A program made the translations under genes and the position numbers. The notes below the pieces were generated by a model, which was not told where the DNA came from, did no database searches, and worked only from the letters and a program-made list of their open reading frames with translations. This document shows positions 35,998-45,451 of a DNA stretch of 64,000 bases, piece after piece (the stretch's first letter is position 1; each line of letters starts with the position of its first letter). Source of the DNA: an uncultured Mycoplasmatota bacterium (lineage in GTDB: Bacteria > Bacillota_I > Bacilli_A > RF39 > UBA660); the NCBI GenBank assembly GCA_947649355.1, contig CANSRG010000001.1, positions 3,554 through 67,553 of the forward strand, in the 5' to 3' direction.

Positions 35998-37494
35998 CTA
36001 TAAGACAAAGTCTATTTCTTTTCCAAACTGTTTAGAAATTATTGAAAGCAGTTCCTCGTTGTGATTATCACTTTCATATTTCTCATCAGTCTTAATTTTT
36101 TCCAATCTTCTAAGTGCGGGTTTATGCTCTACCATTAAGGTTTTGCATGATTCAATTATATCAGAAATATTAAAATAGTCAATTTTTCGATTTGTCATTT
36201 CTTCTAAAGTAATTTTTAAATCATTAACTTTTGAAAGACTTGATTTTCCCAAAATAATACTTGCAACATGTTCAATAGGGATGGTATAAATATTTTCACC
36301 CTTTTTATGAATAATAACCCTACTATACTGTTCAAAGATTTTTGTAGCATTACGATTTAGTCTTTTTTTACTTACATGAACATATTTAGTAGTCATTTGA
36401 TAACTTGCATGTCCAGCTAATCTTTGTGCCTCTTGATCATTTATTTCTGAATTATGATTAACTTGGTTAGTGATAAAATAATGTCTTAAACCATGAAATG
36501 TTAAATTTATATCATTTTGTTTTGCAAATTTGCTCCAAAGCCTTGATATTCTATAAGGTCTATAAAAATCTCCATCTTTATTCAAAAATAAGTTTGGTTT
36601 TTCTACATAACCTGGATTCTTTATTTTTAATAATCTTATAAAATTTTCTCTATATACTAAATACTCATCAACTACTTCCAATAATCTTTCTGGAATAGCG
36701 ATGCATCTTTTACTATATTTAGATTTAGGCTCACCTTCTCCATAAGATCCATCCTCTTTTTGCTCTATTACAGTATTTACATTCATTTCAGAAAATTCAT
36801 AATTTATATCTCTATTTTTGTGTAGTCCAGCAACTTCTTCTTCTCGCATTCCAGCAAACAAGCCAATCAAAAATTGTAATCTTTCTCTTATTGGTGCTTT
36901 CATTATTTTCATTTCTATTTCATCTAATTCTTCAAATTCAGGCACTTCTATTTCTTTTGGAACAAATCTAGGTGGTTCTATTTCATCCATAGGATTTGTT
37001 TTTATTCGATTCCATAATTTTGCTTTTTTAAAAAGAATTTTTAACATTGTATATTCATGAAGCAAAGTATTTCCACTGATTGTCTCTCCAGGTTCTGCCC
37101 CATTAGCTTCACTAGGTCTTTTACTTTCTTTATCTAAAATATCTGTCAGAAATAATACATCCATTTTATGAACATAACCATTTCCTATTGCTACTTTTAA
37201 TCTATTTATATATTTTTTATATGATTTTTTAGTTTGTGATCGTAATTTTCTTGTCCTTTTTTCAACCCATTCTAAATATAAATCACAAAGTTCAAAAAAA
37301 CGGATTGGTTTTATTTCATTTTCATTCAATTTCAAAGTGTTTCTTGCACGATATTCTTCATTGTGTTGAATTGCTTCTTCTAGGCTAGCAAAAACTTCAT
37401 CATATTCTACAGGAAATTTTTTTGATTTTTTATAACGTACTCTAAACTTTCCGCTTTTTAATTGAGTAACATGTTCTGGTAATTTTTTCTTCAT
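35998..37494 (-). CDS. Tyrosine integrase with about 130-aa C-terminal extension
   Basis: SAM-like N-terminal domain. Catalytic HGLRHYFIT..AGHASYQMTTKYVHV (R, H-x-x-R, Y). 498 aa. Confidence 0.85.
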   Translation of the reverse strand: MKKKLPEHVTQLKSGKFRVRYKKSKKFPVEYDEVFASLEEAIQHNEEYRARNTLKLNENEIKPIRFFELCDLYLEWVEKRTRKLRSQTKKSYKKYINRLKVAIGNGYVHKMDVLFLTDILDKESKRPSEANGAEPGETISGNTLLHEYTMLKILFKKAKLWNRIKTNPMDEIEPPRFVPKEIEVPEFEELDEIEMKIMKAPIRERLQFLIGLFAGMREEEVAGLHKNRDINYEFSEMNVNTVIEQKEDGSYGEGEPKSKYSKRCIAIPERLLEVVDEYLVYRENFIRLLKIKNPGYVEKPNLFLNKDGDFYRPYRISRLWSKFAKQNDINLTFHGLRHYFITNQVNHNSEINDQEAQRLAGHASYQMTTKYVHVSKKRLNRNATKIFEQYSRVIIHKKGENIYTIPIEHVASIILGKSSLSKVNDLKITLEEMTNRKIDYFNISDIIESCKTLMVEHKPALRRLEKIKTDEKYESDNHNEELLSIISKQFGKEIDFVL

Positions 37495-37796
37495 ACATTT
37501 ACTCCTTTGAAAATTGCTGTAAGACTCTTATTCGATAACCATTCATCAATTTGAGATTTCAAAAAAAATCTTTCTTTGCCATCTTTTATGTAGGGCAAAT
37601 TATCATATTTTATATATTTATCAATTTTATATTTAGAAAATATATTAGGATACAACTTAATCAATTCCTTGGCTGTATAATACACTTCATTAGTACTTTT
37701 TTCTTGAACTACTATATCACTATTTTCAGCTACAATTGTAATTAAATCTACTAAACTTAAATTTTTCAAAACTTGAAAAACATCTTTATTTTCCAT
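37491..37796 (-). CDS. Excisionase-like DNA-binding protein (Tn916 Xis-type HTH)
   Basis: Start chosen at MENKD (GGAGGAGAATAA RBS). YTAKELIKLYPNIF..ERFFLKSQIDEWL resembles the excisionase HTH_17 family. It sits directly upstream of int with a 4-nt overlap. Confidence 0.55.
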   Translation of the reverse strand: MENKDVFQVLKNLSLVDLITIVAENSDIVVQEKSTNEVYYTAKELIKLYPNIFSKYKIDKYIKYDNLPYIKDGKERFFLKSQIDEWLSNKSLTAIFKGVNV

Positions 37797-38125
37797 TTTT
37801 ATTCTCCTCCAGTAATTTTTCATTTTTTTTAACCTATTCATTTTTATCATCCTTTTCTATTTTTTTGTAACCAGCTGTTTACAAAATTGATTTTAATAAA
37901 TAAGTTAAAAAATTACGACTTTACAAAAAAAAAACTTATAAACTTGACAGTTCAAAATAATTATATTTTCTGAAAATTTTATCTATATTACCTTGAATTT
38001 CTTTACTGCATTTTATATTATTTTTCAAACATAGAAAATGCAAAAATAATAGTATCATTATTTAAATATTTTTTTAAAGATAATAATCTTTGCTATTAAG
38101 AATAATAAAATTCTATATTCTAAAT

Positions 38126-38317
38126 TCATTTAAGATCTCCCTTCTTATATTTTCTACAATCCATACTATAATCATTTCCGTATATATTATTAAGAAAAAC
38201 GCATTCTTTTAATAAGTCATCAATTATTTCCTTTGCTTGTTTTTTACTTCTCGCTTTTAATACAATTGTATCTTTCGTATTTTCTCCATAGTAAATTTCA
38301 ATTACAAATTTTTTCAT
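38126..38317 (-). CDS. Hypothetical 63-aa protein co-transcribed downstream of the MazF-like toxin
   Basis: ATGA overlap with the toxin stop. Basic and acidic mixed sequence, no known motif. Confidence 0.4.
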   Translation of the reverse strand: MKKFVIEIYYGENTKDTIVLKARSKKQAKEIIDDLLKECVFLNNIYGNDYSMDCRKYKKGDLK

Positions 38318-38688
38318 TTATAATCCTCCATAATTTTTCTTATATTTATTCCAAATGCTACTATAATAGCTTTCTCAACTTTCCAAAGCTGTTCCGTATT
38401 TATCCTACCTAAAAAATTTTTTAAACGTTGCTTGTCTATTGTTCTAACTTGCTCTAGTAAAACTATTGAATCACATATAATTCCATCAGAAGCCGTAATT
38501 TCAACATGCGTTGGCAATAATGGCTTGTCATTACTACTTGCTGTAAGAGGTGCAATAATAACTGTTGGACTATTCTTATTTCCAATATTATTTTGAATAA
38601 CTAACACAGGTCGCATCCCAGCCTGTTCACTGCCAATAACTGGATCTAAATTTGCATAATAAAAATTTCCTTTATAAACATTATTCAT
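38314..38688 (-). CDS. MazF/PemK/EndoA-family endoribonuclease toxin
   Basis: GNFYYANLDPVIGSEQAGMRPVLVIQNNIGN..TVIIAPLT..LPTHVEI..DSIVLLEQVRTIDKQRL is very close to the PemK/MazF consensus. Confidence 0.8.
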   Translation of the reverse strand: MNNVYKGNFYYANLDPVIGSEQAGMRPVLVIQNNIGNKNSPTVIIAPLTASSNDKPLLPTHVEITASDGIICDSIVLLEQVRTIDKQRLKNFLGRINTEQLWKVEKAIIVAFGINIRKIMEDYK

Positions 38689-38806
38689 GAGACTCTTTCT
38701 CCAAAGCTTTTTCTTTTAAAGCATTTAGCTGCATTGCACCCAAAAAAAATATTGTAATAAAAAAGCCAACAAATAAACCTAATAAAAAAATTAACACTTC
38801 AGTCAT
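38681..38806 (-). CDS. 41-aa single-TM peptide upstream of the MazF-like toxin
   Basis: ATG at 38806 with strong AGGAGAAT RBS. MTEVLIFLLGLFVGFFITIFFLGAMQL.. overlaps the toxin start. Confidence 0.45.
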   Translation of the reverse strand: MTEVLIFLLGLFVGFFITIFFLGAMQLNALKEKALEKESHE

Positions 38807-39313
38807 GATTATTCTCCTTTCAAAATACATCAACTTATGTGTATGTAACAAAAAAATTGTTATATCAAAAAAAGAGCTATGCCCTTTATATATAAAAATA
38901 ACAATTTTGAATTTTAAATTTATGTTTATATTAAAGTTTTCAAAAACTATCAAACAACTATTAGCTAAATAGTTTCACAAGTTCTTCCGCTTCTCTGAGG
39001 ATCTCTCAGAGCTGCCCCCATTGAATGATCTGTGGCTAGACAGGAGTATCTTTGACCCTACTAATTGTCATGGCAAATAAGATGCTATCTTATTTTATAA
39101 TCAAGTATTTCTCGCCCTCTATCGATAACGATAAATTTATGCGTACTTATTAACGTGCTTATCTATAAAATAGACTTAGTAGGAACGTATTTGATAGTTC
39201 AAATAAATAAATTTTCAAAGAACCCCTTGTTTAACCCAAAAAAAGAAACAAGTAAGAGAATAAATATTTTATATCTCTCACCTGTTTCCTAACTAATTCA
39301 ACTTTTGTTAAGT

Positions 39314-39784
39314 CTATTTTTTCATTTTTTTAGAAATTTTTTCCAAAGCACTATCTATGCTATATTTTATAGCTGTTTTTGAACACCCTTCCATTTTTCC
39401 AATTTCATCTAGGGTCATATCATAAAAATAATATTGAATAAGTCTTTTTCTTTGAATCTCTGGTAATAAAGCAATATTTTCATATAACAATTCATTTATC
39501 ACTTTTTTTTCAATTAGTGTTTCTAAAGTTTCAGGCTTATATTTCACTCTTTCATTTAAATTATCCTCATAGATTTCAGAATGTTCAATATGATTATCAA
39601 ATTCATTTAATTCTCTTAAATCATCAAGTTCAAATCTATCTAAACATTCAAATATTTCTTTAGATATAGACAAAAGTTGTTTTTTCTTAGAAGAATCTCT
39701 AAATTCAACATAATATTGACTTTCTTTTATAACTAAAGTATATGGATTATCTTTGTGTTTACGTCTTTTAGGACGATTGTTCAT
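39314..39784 (-). CDS. Sigma-70 region-4-type regulator (Tn916 Orf7-like)
   Basis: C-terminus IQRKRLIQYYFYDMTLDEIGKMEGCSKTAIKYSIDSALEKI is a sigma region-4 HTH. Confidence 0.6.
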   Translation of the reverse strand: MNNRPKRRKHKDNPYTLVIKESQYYVEFRDSSKKKQLLSISKEIFECLDRFELDDLRELNEFDNHIEHSEIYEDNLNERVKYKPETLETLIEKKVINELLYENIALLPEIQRKRLIQYYFYDMTLDEIGKMEGCSKTAIKYSIDSALEKISKKMKK

Positions 39785-40250
39785 TTATTTTTCTTCCTTT
39801 CTATTTTGATTTTTCACAAAATAGAAAGGCGGACTTCTTGCCCTTTTAAATAACAAAAAAAAGCCAAAAATCTTTCTAACTGGAGAATTTTTGACTTTTT
39901 TTATAGCAAACCAAAAAGATACTACGAAACAGTTCCTTTCATACACCATAGCCATTCCCCTTTAATTGGTCATGCCATAGGCACTTAAAAACTGCATATA
40001 TATAGTACCCTCAAAAATTGCTGTAATACAAAGATACTGTATACTTATATAACTACAAATTTTTTTCCTTTCTTCTTTTCTTACATGCACTATGGCATAT
40101 TTTATGATTACATTTTACGACACCATTTTTACTTATTATGTCGAACTGTGTCAAAAGCTGCAAAAAAACGACATTTTTTTATAAAAAAAACCAGAAATTA
40201 AAATTTCTAGTTCATTCTATAGAATCCATTATTTTCTAATCAATACAATT

Positions 40251-41195
40251 TTATTTTAGCACTTTTACTTTAATTTCTACTATATATTTAACTTTATTAA
40301 ATAGAATTACTATAACAAAACAAATTAAAATTAAAATAAATTGTAAAACTATTATTCCTAAAATTTCATTTAAATTTAACAGATTTTGTATTATCTGCAA
40401 ATCATATATTTTATTTTGTAAAATAGGATGAATTAAATATACACCAAAAGTCGTACTAGCCATTACCTTTAAAATTGAATGACTATCAGTAAATTTAACT
40501 TTCAAAACCATTATCATAAATGATATAGACATAGTAATTATTAAAATACTATCAATATTGTACAACATATAATTATTATCATTATAAAGAAATAAACCTA
40601 TAATATAGCTCCAAATAAATATTATTGTAAAAAAGTGGTTAGCTTTTTTTATTTCTAATATTTTCTTCAATAATGCTCCAACCATATAATATCCTACAAT
40701 ATAAGAAAAATTTGCCATAAGAATATATGGCGAAAGATTTAACTTTAATGATGGAATTATTAAAACTAATATACAAAGAAATATATTCTCGTTAATACTT
40801 AAACAATTAGATAATTTATTAAGAAATGGTTGCATAAAATATAAACCAATTAACATGTACAGATACCAATATTGTTCTATAATAGGGTTTTGTATTATTT
40901 CTTTAAAAAATAATATAGTAATTTTTTTCTCACGTAAAAAATAAATTATAAATGAGAAAATAAGTAAAGGAATCAATATTCTTAATATCTTTTTCATAGT
41001 ATATTTAAGATTCATTTTTTTTTCAGATGTCAGGAAACCTGTACACATGATAAATAATGGTACAGCTATCCTACATAAGACAAATTCTATTCGATAAAAT
41101 AAGCTATCTGGATTTATATAAGAACATGTATGATTAAAAATAACAAAAAAACAAGCAATAATTTTTAGAAAGTCGATATTATGATTTCGCCACAT
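40251..41195 (-). CDS. Acyltransferase family 3 integral membrane protein
   Basis: NIDFLKIIACFFVIFNHT N-terminal signature. About 10 TM helices. About 20% GC. Confidence 0.6.
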   Translation of the reverse strand: MWRNHNIDFLKIIACFFVIFNHTCSYINPDSLFYRIEFVLCRIAVPLFIMCTGFLTSEKKMNLKYTMKKILRILIPLLIFSFIIYFLREKKITILFFKEIIQNPIIEQYWYLYMLIGLYFMQPFLNKLSNCLSINENIFLCILVLIIPSLKLNLSPYILMANFSYIVGYYMVGALLKKILEIKKANHFFTIIFIWSYIIGLFLYNDNNYMLYNIDSILIITMSISFMIMVLKVKFTDSHSILKVMASTTFGVYLIHPILQNKIYDLQIIQNLLNLNEILGIIVLQFILILICFVIVILFNKVKYIVEIKVKVLK

Positions 41196-41290
41196 AAAAA
41201 ACTACCATCTCCTCCCTTTAATCAATAGTGCTTTCTAGCTCATAAACTATGATAACATAATAAAAAGAAAAAGAATACACTTCTTCTTCT

Positions 41291-41974
41291 CTATTTAATG
41301 AATGTATATGATTTCAAACTATTAGAATTTGTATCAAATGCTTTTTTACTTTGATTATCATAACTAATCATTCCATTATAATCACAGATTGCAATAAAAT
41401 CATTTTTTTCAGGTTCGTAATTAACAAATAAAACTCTTACAGGATTTTGAGATAATTCAGAATCATTTGTATTTTTGGAATTAAATTGAACTTTAGATTT
41501 CTTTAATTGACTTTCACTTAAATTATTTATTCCCATTTTTTGATAGTCTACTTGATCTCGCCCTTTCATATATTCACTTAGGCTAACCGTTCCACCACCA
41601 TATCTTACAAATACTTCTTTTTCTAATTTTGCATCTACTGCATTCTTCAAAACTTTTTGAACTTCGAATAAAGAAGTTGTATATGGTCTTGCTTTAGGAA
41701 TCATTTCCACTTTTTCATCAGATAAATATTTTCCAATAAATACTGCATCGGCTGCTTCATACATAGCATTTGCATTAGAATATGCACAGTCAAAATCCAT
41801 TGATAACTCTAGAACTATTCCTTCATCATTTTTTTTACTTGTTTTTTCACTTGATATATTCATGTTATCTACATCAGAATTTTTATGATTTAAAAATAAA
41901 TCTTTATTAAGCATTAAAACACTTGCTGAAATAACAGCTATTCCAAAAATTATTACTTTTAATTTTTTCTTCAT
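41291..41974 (-). CDS. Secreted hypothetical protein
   Basis: Signal peptide MKKKLKVIIFGIAVISASVL. 227 aa. Confidence 0.45.
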   Translation of the reverse strand: MKKKLKVIIFGIAVISASVLMLNKDLFLNHKNSDVDNMNISSEKTSKKNDEGIVLELSMDFDCAYSNANAMYEAADAVFIGKYLSDEKVEMIPKARPYTTSLFEVQKVLKNAVDAKLEKEVFVRYGGGTVSLSEYMKGRDQVDYQKMGINNLSESQLKKSKVQFNSKNTNDSELSQNPVRVLFVNYEPEKNDFIAICDYNGMISYDNQSKKAFDTNSNSLKSYTFIK

Positions 41975-41986
41975 TTCTTTTTCCTC

Positions 41987-42571
41987 CTAATATATACTAT
42001 TAAAAGTATCATTGTCAATTTGTTGAACTGTTTGAACTTTTCTAACATCAACTTGGCCCATAATACTATTTGCAATTTGGTTATGAGCTAATCCAAAAGC
42101 ATGACCAAACTCATGTGCCATAGTTCCTTGACGGACTTCAAAACTATAATTTTGAAAAACATCATTGTTTATATGAATCTCTGCAAATAACCAATTATCT
42201 GTTGGAGCTGAGTAATTTGGATTTAACAAAGTCGCATTTCCATTGACCCTTTTAAACATTAAAGTTCCTGCCAACATCCCATTTCTTCCTTCACTTGCTG
42301 CAAAAATATCAATAGCACTATTAGTTTTATTTGTAGTGCTTGTATTTGGATATAATTTGTTATATCCACATCCTGTATAAACCCAATTTTTTGCTGCCGC
42401 TGCAATCGTTCCGCTATATCCTGGTGCAGATTGGTCTATGTAATAATATACATTTTCTATGTTCCATGTCATTTTATATCCAAATTTAGGTCCAATCGCC
42501 GCAGAAACAGGGTTAGCAAATGTTAAATAACATATTCCAAATATAAATAAACTCAAAAAATATTTTTTCAT
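41987..42571 (-). CDS. Secreted zinc metalloprotease, matrixin-like metzincin
   Basis: Signal peptide. HEFGHAFGLAHN (HExxHxxGxxH) followed by the SIM Met-turn. Confidence 0.7.
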   Translation of the reverse strand: MKKYFLSLFIFGICYLTFANPVSAAIGPKFGYKMTWNIENVYYYIDQSAPGYSGTIAAAAKNWVYTGCGYNKLYPNTSTTNKTNSAIDIFAASEGRNGMLAGTLMFKRVNGNATLLNPNYSAPTDNWLFAEIHINNDVFQNYSFEVRQGTMAHEFGHAFGLAHNQIANSIMGQVDVRKVQTVQQIDNDTFNSIY

Positions 42572-42610
42572 AAATAAAATTCCTTTCTTTTTAATATTTC
42601 TTCAATTTTT

Positions 42611-43342
42611 CTAATTAAGAGCAATATCTACACCTGATGCATTATCGTAAACCATTCTGGCATTTCCAGTAAATCTAAATACATTTCCATACTCACCAGC
42701 CCCAATAGTGTATTGTTTGCTAATAAAATCCGTAGTATTGTTCATTGCGTGTTGATAACTTCCGTAGGCAGTTCCACCTTTTGTCGTATTAAAAGTTACT
42801 GATATTCTTATATTATTTACATTAGGAAGTAATATCGAAAATCCAAAACCATTATTACTTACTTGTGGATTTGAATATGATTTTCCATAATTATTTCCAG
42901 TTACTAAAGCACCTTGTATGTAGGTAATATTTGAATTTGATACCCTTGCACCCACAACATCATAACTTTTCACATATGGTAAACCATTCCAAGAAGTTAC
43001 TAAACTTACTAAACACTTATCTGAACAAGATTTTGAAATTGTAGTTGTTCTCAAATTGCTTGTAACTGAACTTCCACGTTCTTTCACTGGAGAAAAATTT
43101 ATAATTTCTTTTTTTGTGATTTCTTTATCAAAAACATTCATATCTTTTGTTTTTTCATAATCTTCAATAGTTAAATATTCTTGATATCCGTCCCAGTAAA
43201 ATTCAGAATAGAAATCATATTCCTGCTCACTCAAAATAACGCCGTTTGCATTCTTATAATAAATACTTTCTGCATTGACTCGAATTGTAAATAATGTACT
43301 ATACAATAAAAATGCCAAAAACAAAATATTTCTTTTTTTCAT
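42611..43342 (-). CDS. Secreted hypothetical beta-rich protein
   Basis: Start at MKKRNILF (AAAGGA RBS). Signal peptide ending VNAES. G/N/S/T-rich. Confidence 0.45.
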   Translation of the reverse strand: MKKRNILFLAFLLYSTLFTIRVNAESIYYKNANGVILSEQEYDFYSEFYWDGYQEYLTIEDYEKTKDMNVFDKEITKKEIINFSPVKERGSSVTSNLRTTTISKSCSDKCLVSLVTSWNGLPYVKSYDVVGARVSNSNITYIQGALVTGNNYGKSYSNPQVSNNGFGFSILLPNVNNIRISVTFNTTKGGTAYGSYQHAMNNTTDFISKQYTIGAGEYGNVFRFTGNARMVYDNASGVDIALN

Positions 43343-43441
43343 ACCATCATCCTTTCCGACAACAATATAACTTTTTTTTCCAATTTTTGGTAGTGACAAA
43401 ATGTCACACCCCATATTTTTTAAGGTGTGACATTCTGTCTC

Positions 43442-44494
43442 TTACTCACTTAAATATTTACATATATAATTTTTTTGGAAGTCTAAAAATATTTTCTTAG
43501 CATTTTTGCAATCGCCAATATCACAAAGAATAGTTTCGTCTTTTAACATTACAAATTTTAAAATAGTATTTTGTTGTTCATTTTTTTGATACTCAAAAAT
43601 TTGATTTTCTAAGTCATAATTTATATAAAAATTTTTACCTTCAATTTTAAAAAAATTATTCGAATATATAAGATTTTCATTTTCCTTTTTCAAACTACAT
43701 GAATTAGAATCACAAGAAAATATTTCTTTTATTTTTAAAGGTGTATTTTGTTCTTTAGATGATAAAGATTCTCCAATTTTTTTATATTTATCATAAAGAA
43801 AATTATCATTCACAAAATCTTCTACAAATGTTAATTTTATTTCTAAAGAGTCTATCTTGATATATATTTTTTGCTTTTTATCTATAAAATCCTTATAAGA
43901 AATAAAAGAATTATACCCATTGAAATCATAAAAAATATTTTCAGGACTTCCTTTATAAACCAAATCCTTTCTATTATTTATCTCACTATATATTTCTACT
44001 TCATCTATCGAAGGCGTTATCCCTCCAATTTGAAAATATATTTTTTCTCTAGTAAGTATTAACAATCCATTTTCTATAGTATACTGTCCATCTTCACCAA
44101 AAAATTTATATACCTTTATACTGTTATAATTTTGAAAAAAATAAAAACTAATTAAACATATATATAAAATTGAAAATATAATAATTCCTAAAATACTCCA
44201 CATTTTTATTTTTTTCCTTTTCCTATTTTGATGTTTTAGGTATTCTTTAAACATTTTAGATAACTTATATTCATTATTTTCACATTTTTTTTCTCCAAAT
44301 AATATTTCTTCAACAGAAATATCAAAAATTTTGCTCAACAGAATAATATCTTCCAATTGAATATTGCGATTGCCATTTTCTAATTTATTTACTTTTGTTC
44401 TATCAACAAACATTTTGTCTGCCAAAGTTTCTTGACTCCAACCTTTGGATTCTCTTAAAGATTTTATAAACTTACCAACTTTTTTTGAATCCAT
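43442..44494 (-). CDS. Membrane-anchored XRE-family transcriptional regulator with extracytoplasmic domain
   Basis: Start at MDSKKVGKF (AGAGGAA RBS). HTH_XRE (LRESKGWSQETLADKMFVDRTKVNKLENG), one TM (WSILGIIIFSILYICLISFYFF), and a 220-aa Cys-containing outer domain. Confidence 0.65.
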   Translation of the reverse strand: MDSKKVGKFIKSLRESKGWSQETLADKMFVDRTKVNKLENGNRNIQLEDIILLSKIFDISVEEILFGEKKCENNEYKLSKMFKEYLKHQNRKRKKIKMWSILGIIIFSILYICLISFYFFQNYNSIKVYKFFGEDGQYTIENGLLILTREKIYFQIGGITPSIDEVEIYSEINNRKDLVYKGSPENIFYDFNGYNSFISYKDFIDKKQKIYIKIDSLEIKLTFVEDFVNDNFLYDKYKKIGESLSSKEQNTPLKIKEIFSCDSNSCSLKKENENLIYSNNFFKIEGKNFYINYDLENQIFEYQKNEQQNTILKFVMLKDETILCDIGDCKNAKKIFLDFQKNYICKYLSE

Positions 44495-44576
44495 ATAATT
44501 CCTCTTTTCAAAAATAGGATAACACAAGAAAAAACTTCTATCAATTAAAATATCATATGATTATTTACAATTTAAC

Positions 44577-44840
44577 TTATAATTCTTTTTTAATTTGTTT
44601 ATTACTTTCAATGTTCTTATTTAATTCTAAATAAAGTTTATCAAGTTCACAATTTAACGAAGCTAATTCTTTACGGTATGCTTCTTTTCTAAAAAATAAA
44701 GGTTCTTGATCTTGTTTTAAAGCTATTAACTTTTTTTTAATTTGAATTTGTTCTAACAAACCTTTATTTTCATTTTCATTAAACGTATAAAGTTCTTCCA
44801 ACATTTCATTTATAGAATTTTCAAAATCATTTTTTTGCAT
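44577..44840 (-). CDS. Hypothetical coiled-coil protein
   Basis: 87 aa, K/E/L-rich. Confidence 0.35.
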   Translation of the reverse strand: MQKNDFENSINEMLEELYTFNENENKGLLEQIQIKKKLIALKQDQEPLFFRKEAYRKELASLNCELDKLYLELNKNIESNKQIKKEL

Positions 44841-44934
44841 AAATTCACTCCTTTTTTAACATAATGTTATCGTATGCGTCGAACGTTTCGGGTTTTACAA
44901 AAATAAAATGAGAAAATCCTCATGTGGTGATAAT

Positions 44935-45387
44935 ATGAATAAAAATCGTCTTTTATACATTAGGGAAATGAAAGATTTGTCTCAAAGTGAAATGGCAAAA
45001 AAGTTAGGAATTACTAAAGGAACTTATGCAATGTATGAATTAAACATGAAGTTTATGCCTTTAAAAACTTTAAATCAAGTTTGTAATATTTTTGATGTAA
45101 ATATTGATTATATTTTTTACCTGTCAGAAAGCAAAGAAGGAAACTCAATAATGTTAAATATTGATAGGATAGAAACTGGTCAACGTCTAAAATCTATTTT
45201 AGATGAAAACGAATTATCGCAGTGCCAAGTTGCACGTTTTCTAAATACATCACAATCAACTATTTCTGCTTATATTTCTGGAAAAACACTTATTTTAACT
45301 GCATTTGTACTTCAACTTGCTCAAAAATATAATTTTTCAATCGATTGGCTTATAGGTAGATCCGATAAAAAATATATAAACAAATAA
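44935..45387 (+). CDS. Tandem-HTH (two XRE domains) transcriptional regulator, paralog 1
   Basis: ATG at 44935 with GGTGATAAT RBS. Two HTH_XRE units. Strongly similar to the 46363-46833 product. Confidence 0.65.
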   Translation: MNKNRLLYIREMKDLSQSEMAKKLGITKGTYAMYELNMKFMPLKTLNQVCNIFDVNIDYIFYLSESKEGNSIMLNIDRIETGQRLKSILDENELSQCQVARFLNTSQSTISAYISGKTLILTAFVLQLAQKYNFSIDWLIGRSDKKYINK

Positions 45388-45451
45388 CAATTTAATTTTT
45401 CCACTTTTAGTCTAACACCTTATTTGATTAAATCAATATAATTTCAAAAAA

